IMG/VR virus record: IMGVR_UViG_3300017903_001733
Coordinates: 1 to 58,597 of that record
Direction: 5' to 3' (one strand)
Length of the DNA: 58,597 bases
DNA from: a virus
Taxonomy: Duplodnaviria; Caudoviricetes
Shown here: positions 15,572 to 26,067 of the stretch, in pieces
Layout of the letters: each line of letters opens with the position of its first letter
Numbering within the stretch: the stretch's first letter is position 1
Made by a program: the position numbers and the translations under genes
Notes under the pieces: model-generated
The model's input: only the letters and a program-made list of their open reading frames with translations
Database searches by the model: none
Told to the model about the DNA's origin: nothing

Positions 15572-16282
15572 TTATGTTTTAATGTACCATCCTGTCAAAA
15601 TATATTTATCACCATTGAGGAGTGTATTTCCTTTGTGAACATGCGTCATACCTGCAGGGAAGAATACTACTGTTCCAGCAGTAGGTGAAATTCTTCTACG
15701 TTGATATAAAAACTCAGTCTCACCACCATTTTCAGGTTTAACATCATTCAAATAAATCATCCAAGTAATTTCTCTCTGTGCATGTGATGCAGCAGAGTTT
15801 TCATAATGCCATTGATGATAACCACCACAAGGTTGAGTTCTCTGCATTTTTACATCACTAGACATCATCGGAACATTTTTCAATTGTCCGAATTCAGTAA
15901 TATAATGCATCAGACATGATTTCAAAAATTGATTTACTTGATAAGTAAACCCATCATTACAATAGTTGGCAAGAACTGATTGATCTTTTCTATTGAGATT
16001 TGAAAGATATTGAACTGATCCATCCGCAGTAAATTCTTTAAAAAGATCTGGATCAGTTGCTCCAAACTCTTTTTCAATCTTCTCCCATTCTTCTGGAACA
16101 TAAGATGAAGCAGCTCCATCATCCATCATGTGATCAAACCATTGAATTGCTTGCTCGCAAAAAGGTTTAGGAACAAAGTTTGGCCAAACACCAATAAAAT
16201 CGTCGAAAGTTGCATTAGTGATCTTTGGATCACGCATCAATTCAATTGGTCGCCAAGCTTGAACACTTTTTGATGTAGACAT
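15572..16282 (-). CDS. 2OG-Fe(II) oxygenase (prolyl 4-hydroxylase-like)
   Basis: GYHQWHYE, WMIYLNDV..GGETEF, FPA..THVH.G, KYILTGW. Confidence 0.9.
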   Translation of the reverse strand: MSTSKSVQAWRPIELMRDPKITNATFDDFIGVWPNFVPKPFCEQAIQWFDHMMDDGAASSYVPEEWEKIEKEFGATDPDLFKEFTADGSVQYLSNLNRKDQSVLANYCNDGFTYQVNQFLKSCLMHYITEFGQLKNVPMMSSDVKMQRTQPCGGYHQWHYENSAASHAQREITWMIYLNDVKPENGGETEFLYQRRRISPTAGTVVFFPAGMTHVHKGNTLLNGDKYILTGWYIKT

Positions 16283-16292
16283 TGTTTAAAAA

Positions 16293-19200
16293 TCAGTACG
16301 CCTTTATTATATATTTCATTTTGTGGAAGGGGGTTACGATGGGAACTTTTCTTTGAGGATCCATCTTAGGTGTAGGAACAGGTTTTGATGAGTTATTCCA
16401 ACTAAATGTACCTGTGTTTAATTCAATTCCAACATCACTCTGGTTGAATGTAATAGTAGTGAAGTTATCAAATGTAGCTAATCCTTCTCGGAACAATTCA
16501 GCAGATCCATTGACATTACCATAACTATAGTCACTATTGGGATCATTGACAGGATCCTGTCCTATGAGGTGGGAGTGTGTTTTAGTTGATTCATAACTTT
16601 GATAGTTATCAATTCTTCCAGAAGCTTCCGATGTATCGATAACACCTGCATCTGTTGCATCGCCAGTGCTAGATGGTTTGAGACCATCTGCCATTTCAAA
16701 GTAATCTTCAGGTTGACCATCAACACCATAGGCAACACCAGGGTCAACAATTGGAGTATCACCAGTACCAGGAGTACCAGGACTACCAGGAGTAGCAGGA
16801 TCGCCACCACTATCAGGAACAGCCTCAGTAACTGCAGCAACTCTAATTAATCTTTCAGCGCTGGGCGTGCTGCCGCTGCTGAAGAAAGTATCACGCCAAG
16901 TTGCAACTGTAAGCACATCACCTACTGCGTATCCAACACCATCATCAGTAACAGAAACTGTAACTCTAGTATATTTGTCGCCATCTCCGATGTCCCATGG
17001 TTCAAAAGTAACTTGAGCCTCAGCACCCGATCCACTTCCTGTAGATCCACTAGCATATTCTAAATCTTCAGTTACAGTAAATGTAGAGGTAACTGGGGGA
17101 GCATCCCAGTCACCACCTGGCGCACCAATTCTATATCCTTCTGTTAATACATGCCAAGATCCGCCTGTAGATGGAACTCCAGGTCCTCCACCAGTACCAC
17201 CTTCTGAGTTGTCTGGATCGGGATCACCTGTATTTGGATCAGTAAATTTAGAACTATATCTAATTTCCCACTCAGTAATTGTACCACCAGGAGTTCCAGG
17301 AGTGCTAGGTGTACCAGGAATTCCTTCATCAGTACCACTACCACCAGATCCCGTGCCAGGTGGTGTAGTTCCACTACCACCAGTGAGAGCAGCAATTTCT
17401 GCAGTTAAACTTGCAAGAGGAGAACCCCAATAGTTTCCATAAGAAACACTACTTCTTCCTGATGGTGGGAAAACGTCTTCACCATTACTACCATCAGTAT
17501 CTCCTACTTCTGACACAAATGTATTGTAATCAAATCCGTCTAAAGAAATTCTATCCCAATAACCTTCTGCAGTAGTTCCATCGGGTTCTCTAGAATCACT
17601 ACCTCTATCACTAGTAACAGGTGCAGATGCAGGAAAACCAGTACCATAGAATGCTCTAGTTCCCCATGGAATAACTGGATCGCCGTTAGGAGAATCAGTT
17701 TCAGATGTAACAAAGAAGTGTTCGTGTGAAGGTACTCTAACAGTTACATCAGATATAGGTCCAATGTTAGCACTGACAGCACCAGTAACAGTAAACTCAA
17801 CATCTGCTGTCAATAGTTCCGTTCCAGAAGTTCTGGTAGTTCCAAGAGAGAAATATTCAGACTCAGTACCTTGTTCTTGTCCTGCTGGTGCGATAATTTG
17901 TTCTAATGGATTAGTGCCAGCAATATCAACATCATCAACATACCACCATCCACCAGTAGAACCAGGAAGTTCATATGATCCACCAGCACTGGTTACAGGA
18001 ACAAATGCCGATGATCCTCTGTTAGCATCAACAATACCCCTACCAACCATTCTAACACCACGATAGTCTGGAAGGTTGAAATTTCCTGAATATGTACTAG
18101 TTGCCTCTACATATTGTGCGGATCCTCCATATTGATTGCCAATTGCATCAAACAACCAAGGATAATCTGCTGCTGCTAATGATCTACCATCACACTCCAA
18201 GAATCCAGGGAATCTATCTTCTAAAGTACCATATCCATAATTACCATCGTCCACAACAGTTTCTTTGGGAACAGGAATAACTGTACCAATTGAATAACCA
18301 TCAAACTTAGGTTGTCTATAGTAATCTTTAGCATTTGTAGGATCTTCTCCTGCTGCTACCCACCCATCTGCATCAAAAGAAGCATTCTTCTCAGTATACC
18401 ATACTCCAAGATATGCAGGTGGAATAGGTTTCACTGCATAATTAACAGATCTAAGATTAAATGGTGTTGCATCTCCGAATGTAATAGTAGTTCTACTGGA
18501 ATGAGATAAACCAACTACAGGATCTATGTCAGCATTTCCAGGTTGCTGCATAATAATAGTAATATTTACAGGATTACCTGTGTAATCAGGTTGCACTTGA
18601 AGTGGTCCCGCAACACCTGCAGCTCCATTCACAGAGAATAGAACTGTACCAACATCTTCGCCTGTTGCAAAATCAAATTCATTATATGCTAAGGGAGAAG
18701 TAGCACTAATAGTAATCTCTTGGTTAAATCCTGTCAATCCAATAGGACCAATGACACTAATTCCACCAGGAGTTCTGTTTAATACTTCATTAATTGGAGT
18801 AAATTCTGGTGTTGTATCTGGTGCTGCCCAGTTAGTAATAGTCCATGGAACAATAGCTCTATCTCCAACATTAATTGCCATTCTGGCAACACCAGCTCCA
18901 GGATTGTTGATTGGATCAACCACATCAGTCGAACCATCCATTACAAGTTCAATATAGTCATCATTACGTACAACAACATTTTGAATTAATCCAGGAGAAC
19001 CACCATTAACTTTAATTCTAGGATTAACGCCTGGGGTAGTATCTGCCGTTCTTAAAGTAACATCGACTTCTGTCCCATCTGTCAATCCTTGAATTAATGC
19101 TCTGTTTTGACTATCAACAGATCCAACTGCTGTTGATACATAATCAACTCCCCCTGGTTCCTGTTCAACTAGATTAACAAATGCAAATGTATCGGGAGTA

Positions 19201-20156
19201 AAATTCTCACCTTCTCCTGTTCCTACTGTCCAACTTCCACCATCATTACAATCACCAATAGTAATATTAAATGTTTGCTCAAAATTTGAAATACTAGTAG
19301 TAGTTGCTCTTAATTGAACATACTGACCATTAGTTACAGTTAAATTATCACCCCACCCATCGGCAATAGTATCTAAAATATCATCACCTGCAGCATTAGT
19401 AAATGTAGTATTGAAATTAGAAATCGCAACTTCTATACCACTACCTGCTGTGATTACAGCAGGAGCTGTCAATCCTGTGATTTGAGGAATATCACTATAT
19501 GCATATGAATAATTAATGGGACGATCTAATGTAGTTCCAAATGCTGCTCTAGGGAACGGGCAATTAACTGGAATAGTTGAAGTTTTTACGTTCCATCTCG
19601 CACTTCCAGTACCAATACCTACATCAATATATCTGTTCTCAACTGCACCATCTGCTGCGGTAAGTCTAAGTTGGATTTGATCCAAATTAGACATGGTTAA
19701 ACCAGCATCTCTGGTCCAAGATCCCCATGAATTATATGAACTACCATTCCATTCTCTAATTCTAAATGCATAATCTGTTGCATCAAGAACGTTAGAAGCA
19801 ATTAATAATGGTGCTTGAGTTCCTGGGTCTAATCCAGTAATAGTTACAACTTGTTCTCCTGCTCTTAATGCTGGTGTTTCTCCTGCAGCACCAGTATATG
19901 GTACACCATCATCTGGATATACAGTCTCTGCATATGTGTATAGTCTTCCATTCTCTGCAGGATCAACGTCTTGGAACTCATAAGGATCTGGTTCAAAGTC
20001 TTCAAGTTTAGTCTCAATTAACCAAAAGACAGTAAGTTCTCCAATCTCAATACGAACCTGAAGGAGTTCATCAAATCCAGCGGGTGCCTCATATCTGAAC
20101 TGAATAGATTGTCCTTCAGAAACATATAATGGTGTAGAAGAATATGAATATGTCAT
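16293..20156 (-). CDS. tail fibre protein with tail-collar domain
   Basis: GFLECDG.SL....YPWLFDAIG..YGG...FNLPDYRG collar motif, HEH/HSH metal motifs and terminal YIIKAY. Confidence 0.85.
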   Translation of the reverse strand: MTYSYSSTPLYVSEGQSIQFRYEAPAGFDELLQVRIEIGELTVFWLIETKLEDFEPDPYEFQDVDPAENGRLYTYAETVYPDDGVPYTGAAGETPALRAGEQVVTITGLDPGTQAPLLIASNVLDATDYAFRIREWNGSSYNSWGSWTRDAGLTMSNLDQIQLRLTAADGAVENRYIDVGIGTGSARWNVKTSTIPVNCPFPRAAFGTTLDRPINYSYAYSDIPQITGLTAPAVITAGSGIEVAISNFNTTFTNAAGDDILDTIADGWGDNLTVTNGQYVQLRATTTSISNFEQTFNITIGDCNDGGSWTVGTGEGENFTPDTFAFVNLVEQEPGGVDYVSTAVGSVDSQNRALIQGLTDGTEVDVTLRTADTTPGVNPRIKVNGGSPGLIQNVVVRNDDYIELVMDGSTDVVDPINNPGAGVARMAINVGDRAIVPWTITNWAAPDTTPEFTPINEVLNRTPGGISVIGPIGLTGFNQEITISATSPLAYNEFDFATGEDVGTVLFSVNGAAGVAGPLQVQPDYTGNPVNITIIMQQPGNADIDPVVGLSHSSRTTITFGDATPFNLRSVNYAVKPIPPAYLGVWYTEKNASFDADGWVAAGEDPTNAKDYYRQPKFDGYSIGTVIPVPKETVVDDGNYGYGTLEDRFPGFLECDGRSLAAADYPWLFDAIGNQYGGSAQYVEATSTYSGNFNLPDYRGVRMVGRGIVDANRGSSAFVPVTSAGGSYELPGSTGGWWYVDDVDIAGTNPLEQIIAPAGQEQGTESEYFSLGTTRTSGTELLTADVEFTVTGAVSANIGPISDVTVRVPSHEHFFVTSETDSPNGDPVIPWGTRAFYGTGFPASAPVTSDRGSDSREPDGTTAEGYWDRISLDGFDYNTFVSEVGDTDGSNGEDVFPPSGRSSVSYGNYWGSPLASLTAEIAALTGGSGTTPPGTGSGGSGTDEGIPGTPSTPGTPGGTITEWEIRYSSKFTDPNTGDPDPDNSEGGTGGGPGVPSTGGSWHVLTEGYRIGAPGGDWDAPPVTSTFTVTEDLEYASGSTGSGSGAEAQVTFEPWDIGDGDKYTRVTVSVTDDGVGYAVGDVLTVATWRDTFFSSGSTPSAERLIRVAAVTEAVPDSGGDPATPGSPGTPGTGDTPIVDPGVAYGVDGQPEDYFEMADGLKPSSTGDATDAGVIDTSEASGRIDNYQSYESTKTHSHLIGQDPVNDPNSDYSYGNVNGSAELFREGLATFDNFTTITFNQSDVGIELNTGTFSWNNSSKPVPTPKMDPQRKVPIVTPFHKMKYIIKAY

Positions 20157-20184
20157 TGAATATTAAGACTTTATCCCGTATCTG

Positions 20185-20191
20185 TATTTAG
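20185..20191 (-). promoter_or_regulatory. T4-type late promoter variant (CTAAATA)
   Basis: intergenic CTAAATA about 30 nt upstream of a structural gene. Confidence 0.55.
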
Positions 20192-21610
20192 TCAGATTTG
20201 ACGAACGTCATACCAACTAGTATTCAAGTCTGGGTCGTCATCATCAAACCTAACCTGAATAGGTTCATTAGCTTTAATTTCCACTGAAATGTCAATATCA
20301 TTAATAAGAATAGGATTGCTTAATACTGCATCACTATCAGGTGCTTCAACTAAATCTTCTGGGAGTTCATCTCTATTTTCTGGTACAGTAATATTGTCTG
20401 GTATCGTGTCAATAGTAACATTTACATTTTCTTGTTTAGTAATGTTTCCTCCACCACCAATTGCTGTAATTGAAACAAGTATACTAAAAGGTCCATGATT
20501 ATTCCATGGAATCGACAAATCTACTGTTTCTGTTGATGTACTACCAGATGTATCAGATGTGGTTGCAGGTAAAGTAATAGTCTCTGTAACTGTTGTTGTA
20601 CCTCCAGTTGTTGGATTTCTATAAGTATACACTGCACTTCCAGTAACAGAATTTCCAGCATATCTGTAATCAACATCAAAAGAAAGTGAGTCACCATAGT
20701 TTATGGTGGGATTAATTGTAAAATCTAATTCTGGTATTTGAAAGACTGTAATAGTTACAGAATCACTATCTGTTCCACCAAGACCAGATGCGGTGTAAGT
20801 ATATGTTGTATTTTCTGTTGGAACCACACTTCTAGAACTACTAATAACAACTGCTCCGATACCTTGATCAATACTTGCAGTTGAAGCATCACCACCAGCA
20901 GACCAAGTTAATGTAGTAGATTGTCCAAGAACAATAGAAGTTTGCGAAGCACTAATATTAGCAACCACTGGTTGATAAACTGTAAGAGTTGTACTTGCAC
21001 TATCACTACCACCATCATTACTGACTGTAATAGTATAAGTTCTACTAGAAATAGGACTTACAATAGCACTACCTGATGTTGCTGGACTCGATTGATCTGT
21101 AACAGAAATTGAATCAACAACACCACTACTACTCCAAGATAAAGTAGCACTAGCACCAGCAATGAATGATGATGGACTTACTGAAATACTAGCAGTTGGT
21201 GCTGGCGGTGCATCTGGTCCTTCAATTCTAAATGCAATGCCATATGGATTGGTGCTATAATTTGGTCCAGGTCCATTATAAACGCTTCCCGAAATACTTT
21301 TAGTTCCTGCACTAGAGGTAAAACTAGTAGCACTACCATTAGCACTATTAAATCCAGCAATACTACAAGTTTGTCCAGCAACACTTAATGATCCAGAGTT
21401 ATCTACTGCTGCCCAAACAGTATAAGTTCCTGGGTAAGGAAAATTTACAGTAGTGCTAAAAGTAAATGTTTGCCCTTCAAAAGAATTACCTACATCATTT
21501 CCTGCAGTAAAACGAACAGCATAATTGTTCATCAAAGATCCCCATGCTCCATTGGTGTAATCGCCACCATATGATCCTGGTAAACTTCTACTTGTGTAAA
21601 TTTCTGCCAT
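20192..21610 (-). CDS. tail-associated structural protein with Ig-like repeats
   Basis: repeated (S/T)TLSW...TTYT.T.S..GG.DS.S.T.TV units; C-terminus shared with 21610..23394. Confidence 0.8.
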   Translation of the reverse strand: MAEIYTSRSLPGSYGGDYTNGAWGSLMNNYAVRFTAGNDVGNSFEGQTFTFSTTVNFPYPGTYTVWAAVDNSGSLSVAGQTCSIAGFNSANGSATSFTSSAGTKSISGSVYNGPGPNYSTNPYGIAFRIEGPDAPPAPTASISVSPSSFIAGASATLSWSSSGVVDSISVTDQSSPATSGSAIVSPISSRTYTITVSNDGGSDSASTTLTVYQPVVANISASQTSIVLGQSTTLTWSAGGDASTASIDQGIGAVVISSSRSVVPTENTTYTYTASGLGGTDSDSVTITVFQIPELDFTINPTINYGDSLSFDVDYRYAGNSVTGSAVYTYRNPTTGGTTTVTETITLPATTSDTSGSTSTETVDLSIPWNNHGPFSILVSITAIGGGGNITKQENVNVTIDTIPDNITVPENRDELPEDLVEAPDSDAVLSNPILINDIDISVEIKANEPIQVRFDDDDPDLNTSWYDVRQI

Positions 21611-23394
21611 TAGTCTGAAATCTCTCTTACATTATACCAACTAGTATTCAAATCTGGATCATCGTCATCAAATCTAACCTGAATAGGTTCATTAGCTTTA
21701 ATTTCTACAGGAATATCAATGTCATCAATAATAATAGGACTACTTAATACAGTTTCAACGTCAGGTGCTTCAACTTGATCCTCTGGGAGTTGCTCGCGAC
21801 TTTCTGGAATCGTTACAGCATCTGGCAACATGTCAATACTAACATTAATAGTGCTAGCAGTAGGAGTAACATTTCCTCCACATCCACTTGCAAACAACGC
21901 ATAACTTATTCTTTTAGGACCAAAATTATCCCAAGGAATATTTGAGTTAAAAGTTACTTCTGTTTCTACATTATCTTTATCACTAGATGATAATGTAAAA
22001 TTTCTTGTCTCACTAGTAGCAACTCCTTCAATATTTGTGTAAGTAATAGTAACACCACAAGTAGAACTAGCATTTCTATATGAAATAGTAGTTGTAAAAT
22101 CTTCCCCATAATCTAAATTTGGCGGAAATTCTCCAGATATTTGAGGAATTTGACAAACCTCCACAGTTACAGAGGCAACATCAGTTCCTCCATCACCAGA
22201 TATAGTTAAAGTATATGTTGTAGTTGTAACTGGAAATACAAATGAAGATGACTCAAGTAAAACTTCTCCATCATCTGTAATAGGAGGAGAAATTGATGCT
22301 GTGGATATATCACCACTTGTTTCCCAGATTAGTCTTGTACCTGCTAAGGATCCTACAACCATAGGATTAGGTTGAGCATAAAATGAATCAATTACAGCAG
22401 GTTCGTACACAGTAATATCAACAGATGCTGATGCTTGAGAATCAACTTCACTATCACCACTAAAGTTTTTTGCTACAAGTGTATATGTAGTATCATTAGT
22501 AGGATTTACTGAGTAATTGGTAGTAGTTAATCCAGGAGATGTTAAAACATTTACACCATTTAATTTTAAAAAATCAACTGATACACCAGATACATCCCAT
22601 GATAATATTGAAGGTCCAGTGACGCCACGAATAAAAGAAGTCGGAGATGCACTAAGTGTAATTGTTGGGGGAGGTGGATCGTTTACAGTAACTGTAATCG
22701 TTCTAGATTCATTTCCTGCAGGTCCCGAAACCGAAAGGGTATAATTTGTGGTTGTTGTTGGTGATACAGATACAGTACCAGATGGATCAGTTACTGGACC
22801 AATACCACTAATCGTTGCACTATCAACATCTCCAAATACAATCCAAGATAAGGAAGCAGAATTTCCATAATCAATAGTAATAGTATCGTCTACATTAAAA
22901 TTTGTTAGAAAATCTGGATCTGTGGAAAATGATGCGGATGGGGGAAAATCTTCATTATGACCAGGAATCCACCTTTCTCCTGAATTACTGGTTTCAAGAA
23001 TAACGTTGATACCAGCATTAGTACATCGTTGAATAAAATAATTATAAGATGCCTCGACAGTAGCAAACACCATCGAACCAGATATATCTAACCAAACAGA
23101 TACATAAGATCCTGGTGGTTGTGTATCAAAATTACATATTTCAAACCAGTCAGATCTATTTGAAACACTACCATTATCTCTATTAACTGTTCTAGTGCGA
23201 GCTAAACTATCTGATAGAAAATTAGATGGTCTATTCAAATCACCAAAATCCCATCTCGTGCCAGCTGGTTGTAACAACCAAAATTCGCGATCTGGATAAT
23301 TATTTCTAAAACTTGCCCAATCACTTTGATGTGTACTTGTACTGGGAGACGATTCGTCGATAATCGATATACATTGTGTCCTTGCTACTACCAT
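21610..23394 (-). CDS. tail-associated protein with vWA-like (DxSxS) domain and Ig-like repeats
   Basis: VWLDISGSM MIDAS-like motif; Ig-like repeats; shared C-terminus. Confidence 0.75.
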   Translation of the reverse strand: MVVARTQCISIIDESSPSTSTHQSDWASFRNNYPDREFWLLQPAGTRWDFGDLNRPSNFLSDSLARTRTVNRDNGSVSNRSDWFEICNFDTQPPGSYVSVWLDISGSMVFATVEASYNYFIQRCTNAGINVILETSNSGERWIPGHNEDFPPSASFSTDPDFLTNFNVDDTITIDYGNSASLSWIVFGDVDSATISGIGPVTDPSGTVSVSPTTTTNYTLSVSGPAGNESRTITVTVNDPPPPTITLSASPTSFIRGVTGPSILSWDVSGVSVDFLKLNGVNVLTSPGLTTTNYSVNPTNDTTYTLVAKNFSGDSEVDSQASASVDITVYEPAVIDSFYAQPNPMVVGSLAGTRLIWETSGDISTASISPPITDDGEVLLESSSFVFPVTTTTYTLTISGDGGTDVASVTVEVCQIPQISGEFPPNLDYGEDFTTTISYRNASSTCGVTITYTNIEGVATSETRNFTLSSSDKDNVETEVTFNSNIPWDNFGPKRISYALFASGCGGNVTPTASTINVSIDMLPDAVTIPESREQLPEDQVEAPDVETVLSSPIIIDDIDIPVEIKANEPIQVRFDDDDPDLNTSWYNVREISD

Positions 23395-23403
23395 GACTCC
23401 CCC

Positions 23404-24285
23404 TTAAATCTTGATAATGTATGATACTACAATAAATGGTGTTACAACATTATCCAATTTCTGAATATCAGATACATTAACATTCAAAGTTGCTGATACA
23501 TTGTCTGCTGGAATATCAAATGATTGCAATTGATATGCAAAACTACTACTATAAAGAGTTGGTTTTGCAATTTTATGAGTATGAGAAGATAATGCAGTAG
23601 TATTCAATTCACTGGTTTCAAGAATATTAAAAGCACTAGAGTTTCCACTATCAGCACCACGTTCTTTACCATCTCCGCCAACTTGGTGATTGGTGCTATA
23701 GTTAACATAGTTTGCACTTGTATTGTGTGCATGTCCTTGGAAGTTCTCAATATCAAGGAATTGTTCTGCACTAGTTGTCGTAAATGTATATTTTGGATTA
23801 GATCTAAAAGCGTAGTTTGCAGGACCAGAACTTCCTCTAAAATTACCCTGAAAATCACAAGTTAATTGAGTTCCTTCATTACATACAACTTGAACTTCAG
23901 GACCAACTCTAGAAAGTTCGCTATCTCCTACTACATCATTTGTATAATCTCCAACAGATCGTGATGCAACAATAACTTTAGATCCTAAATCTGGTAATTG
24001 GAATTGCCCCAAATCATTAGTTTCTTCATCTGCTTCTCTAAGATTGACTCCAGGTTTTTTAAACTTCGATTCTTCACCAACCCCCAAAACTTGAGATAGA
24101 GCAATATATTCATTCGCATTTTTAATGCTTCCATCACACAACAAAAATCCTGCTGGAGCATGAGTCCTAAAAGCCTCGGTTGAGGAATCATTTACACCAG
24201 TCAAGTATGGTGTTGCATGAATTTGGATTGAACCAATGTACCCGCCGTACTTTGCTTTTGTTTGTGAATAGTTGTTATTTGCCAT
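23404..24285 (-). CDS. tail-collar domain protein
   Basis: PAGFLLCDGS...QFQLPDLG, HAH/HTH and terminal YIIKI. Confidence 0.85.
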   Translation of the reverse strand: MANNNYSQTKAKYGGYIGSIQIHATPYLTGVNDSSTEAFRTHAPAGFLLCDGSIKNANEYIALSQVLGVGEESKFKKPGVNLREADEETNDLGQFQLPDLGSKVIVASRSVGDYTNDVVGDSELSRVGPEVQVVCNEGTQLTCDFQGNFRGSSGPANYAFRSNPKYTFTTTSAEQFLDIENFQGHAHNTSANYVNYSTNHQVGGDGKERGADSGNSSAFNILETSELNTTALSSHTHKIAKPTLYSSSFAYQLQSFDIPADNVSATLNVNVSDIQKLDNVVTPFIVVSYIIKI

Positions 24286-26063
24286 TAGTATGCTCTAATG
24301 CAGTGAATACAGGTCATTTGTGGTTGTGTGTTTACAAAATTAATCTGAAACACACCGCGATTTCGTGCATTATCTAATTGAATACCTCTCAAAAATCCAG
24401 AAGTTGTATCTGGGTTTGGAGCTTCAACATAAACTTCTAAACTATTTAATGGTCTCATACCCGATAATTGAAAGTCAATGTCAACTTCATCGTGAGTATG
24501 AGGTTGAATCTCATCTGGTTCTCCAGGAGTTTTTACCAAGAAATCCCATCCTCTATTACTATTTAAAGTACCCATAAGCGAAGATTGGAACTGGGTAGGA
24601 TTAGACATTGCAGTAAGGTTTGCATTAGCAGTAGTTTTCCCCTCATACTCAAGCAAATCAGGATAAAAATTTGTATATCCCTGAGGAATAGTTACATCAG
24701 ATCCAGAAATACCATACTTGACAGTTCTTCCATCTGCTTGACCTTTAGTAAATCCTGCAATGCCACCAGATATCATACCTTTAATTTTAGAATTAGAAGT
24801 ATCAAGATTATTAAAGTTTCTATGGTTATGTGGTTGTGTTAGTTCAGATTTAATAGGTGACCATACAACTGATTGTGGAGTCCAGTTTACTGGAGGATTT
24901 TCTGCTCTAACAGCAGCAACAGTTCTACTATCTAATCCTCCACCAAAACCAGATCTTCCTCTTTCCCAGTTATCCATTTCCCACTCAAGAATAACAGTAT
25001 CATCATTTGTAATAAAGATATTACCATCTTGTCTATCAAATGATGCTCTAAAACTGAAACCTACATTAGACCAAGGGATAACACCTTCTCCTGGTTGTGT
25101 GGTGGGAACTTTAGCAACGCTCTGGAATTTTCCAGAGTGACGATGACTTTTTAAATGACTTCGACCTAACTTTCTAGGTCCAAAAAATATAACTTTATTT
25201 CCTTCACCAGAACCTTCTGAAATAGTATTTCCTTGTACTTTTCCAGTATAGTAATATCCTACTTCACCCCCTCCAGCATCAAATGTAGTTCTTTCATTTA
25301 ATTCAAAGATAACATCTGTTGCAACATCGTTAAAAGTAGTAGGAACACCAGAATCAGCATTTGCTCCAATATAAGGAACAACTTCTGCTATGGTCACTGG
25401 ATCAGTGAATGGAGTAATGTCTCTCAAACTAGCATCATTAGAAGCATCTTTTTCTAATGCAGAAGATCCACCAGTGCCAAAATAGTTAATTTCCATATCA
25501 ACAATAGGTTTGTTGATTAGATTGGGAAGAACAATTTCCCCAGTATAGTTTGGAAACTCTCCACCAAATGTAGATACATCTCCTTGCTCAACTGTGAGAA
25601 CTGTGATTGTAATATCACTACCACCACCAGATTGACCAGAAGGAATAGTTAAAGTATCATTAGGTACATAATTAATACCTTGCGTAAGTCTGGTAATAGT
25701 TACACTACCACCAACACCACTAGGAGCACCACCACCTTCTGTTCCAGCATCACCTACAACAATAGCAAAACTAGCACCTCCGCCACTTCCATCTAAAGGA
25801 GCATAGATGTATGTACTAGGAACTCTAGCAGTTTCTGTTACAGCATTACTACTGAAAGTAGCAATCAATCCATCTGTAACACCTGTAGATAAGTTATACG
25901 TGTCTCCGATTGCTCTAGCAAGTAATGGAAAATCTGCTGCAGCAATTAGAGATCCATCGCAGGGAATCCATCCATCGGGGACATCCGAGATGTTCCCCGT
26001 GAATGGCATGATAGTGCCAATAGCAGCTGCTTTGGCAGTTCTGATTTCCTGATAAAAAGACAT
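24285..26063 (-). CDS. tail-collar domain protein (short-fibre-like)
   Basis: IGTIMPF.G...PDGWIPCDGS...FPLLARAIGDTY; HxH motifs. Confidence 0.87.
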   Translation of the reverse strand: MSFYQEIRTAKAAAIGTIMPFTGNISDVPDGWIPCDGSLIAAADFPLLARAIGDTYNLSTGVTDGLIATFSSNAVTETARVPSTYIYAPLDGSGGGASFAIVVGDAGTEGGGAPSGVGGSVTITRLTQGINYVPNDTLTIPSGQSGGGSDITITVLTVEQGDVSTFGGEFPNYTGEIVLPNLINKPIVDMEINYFGTGGSSALEKDASNDASLRDITPFTDPVTIAEVVPYIGANADSGVPTTFNDVATDVIFELNERTTFDAGGGEVGYYYTGKVQGNTISEGSGEGNKVIFFGPRKLGRSHLKSHRHSGKFQSVAKVPTTQPGEGVIPWSNVGFSFRASFDRQDGNIFITNDDTVILEWEMDNWERGRSGFGGGLDSRTVAAVRAENPPVNWTPQSVVWSPIKSELTQPHNHRNFNNLDTSNSKIKGMISGGIAGFTKGQADGRTVKYGISGSDVTIPQGYTNFYPDLLEYEGKTTANANLTAMSNPTQFQSSLMGTLNSNRGWDFLVKTPGEPDEIQPHTHDEVDIDFQLSGMRPLNSLEVYVEAPNPDTTSGFLRGIQLDNARNRGVFQINFVNTQPQMTCIHCIRAY

Positions 26064-26067
26064 TCGT

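Noticed and set aside
20210-21706. Near-identical gene ends as a DGR template/variable repeat pair
   Set aside because: Differences are synonymous and not adenine-specific; no reverse transcriptase in the window
22115-22130. AAATTTGGCGGAAATT as a fourth copy of the 55-bp element
   Set aside because: Lies in a CDS and lacks the TCGAC and TAATCA blocks at the required offsets
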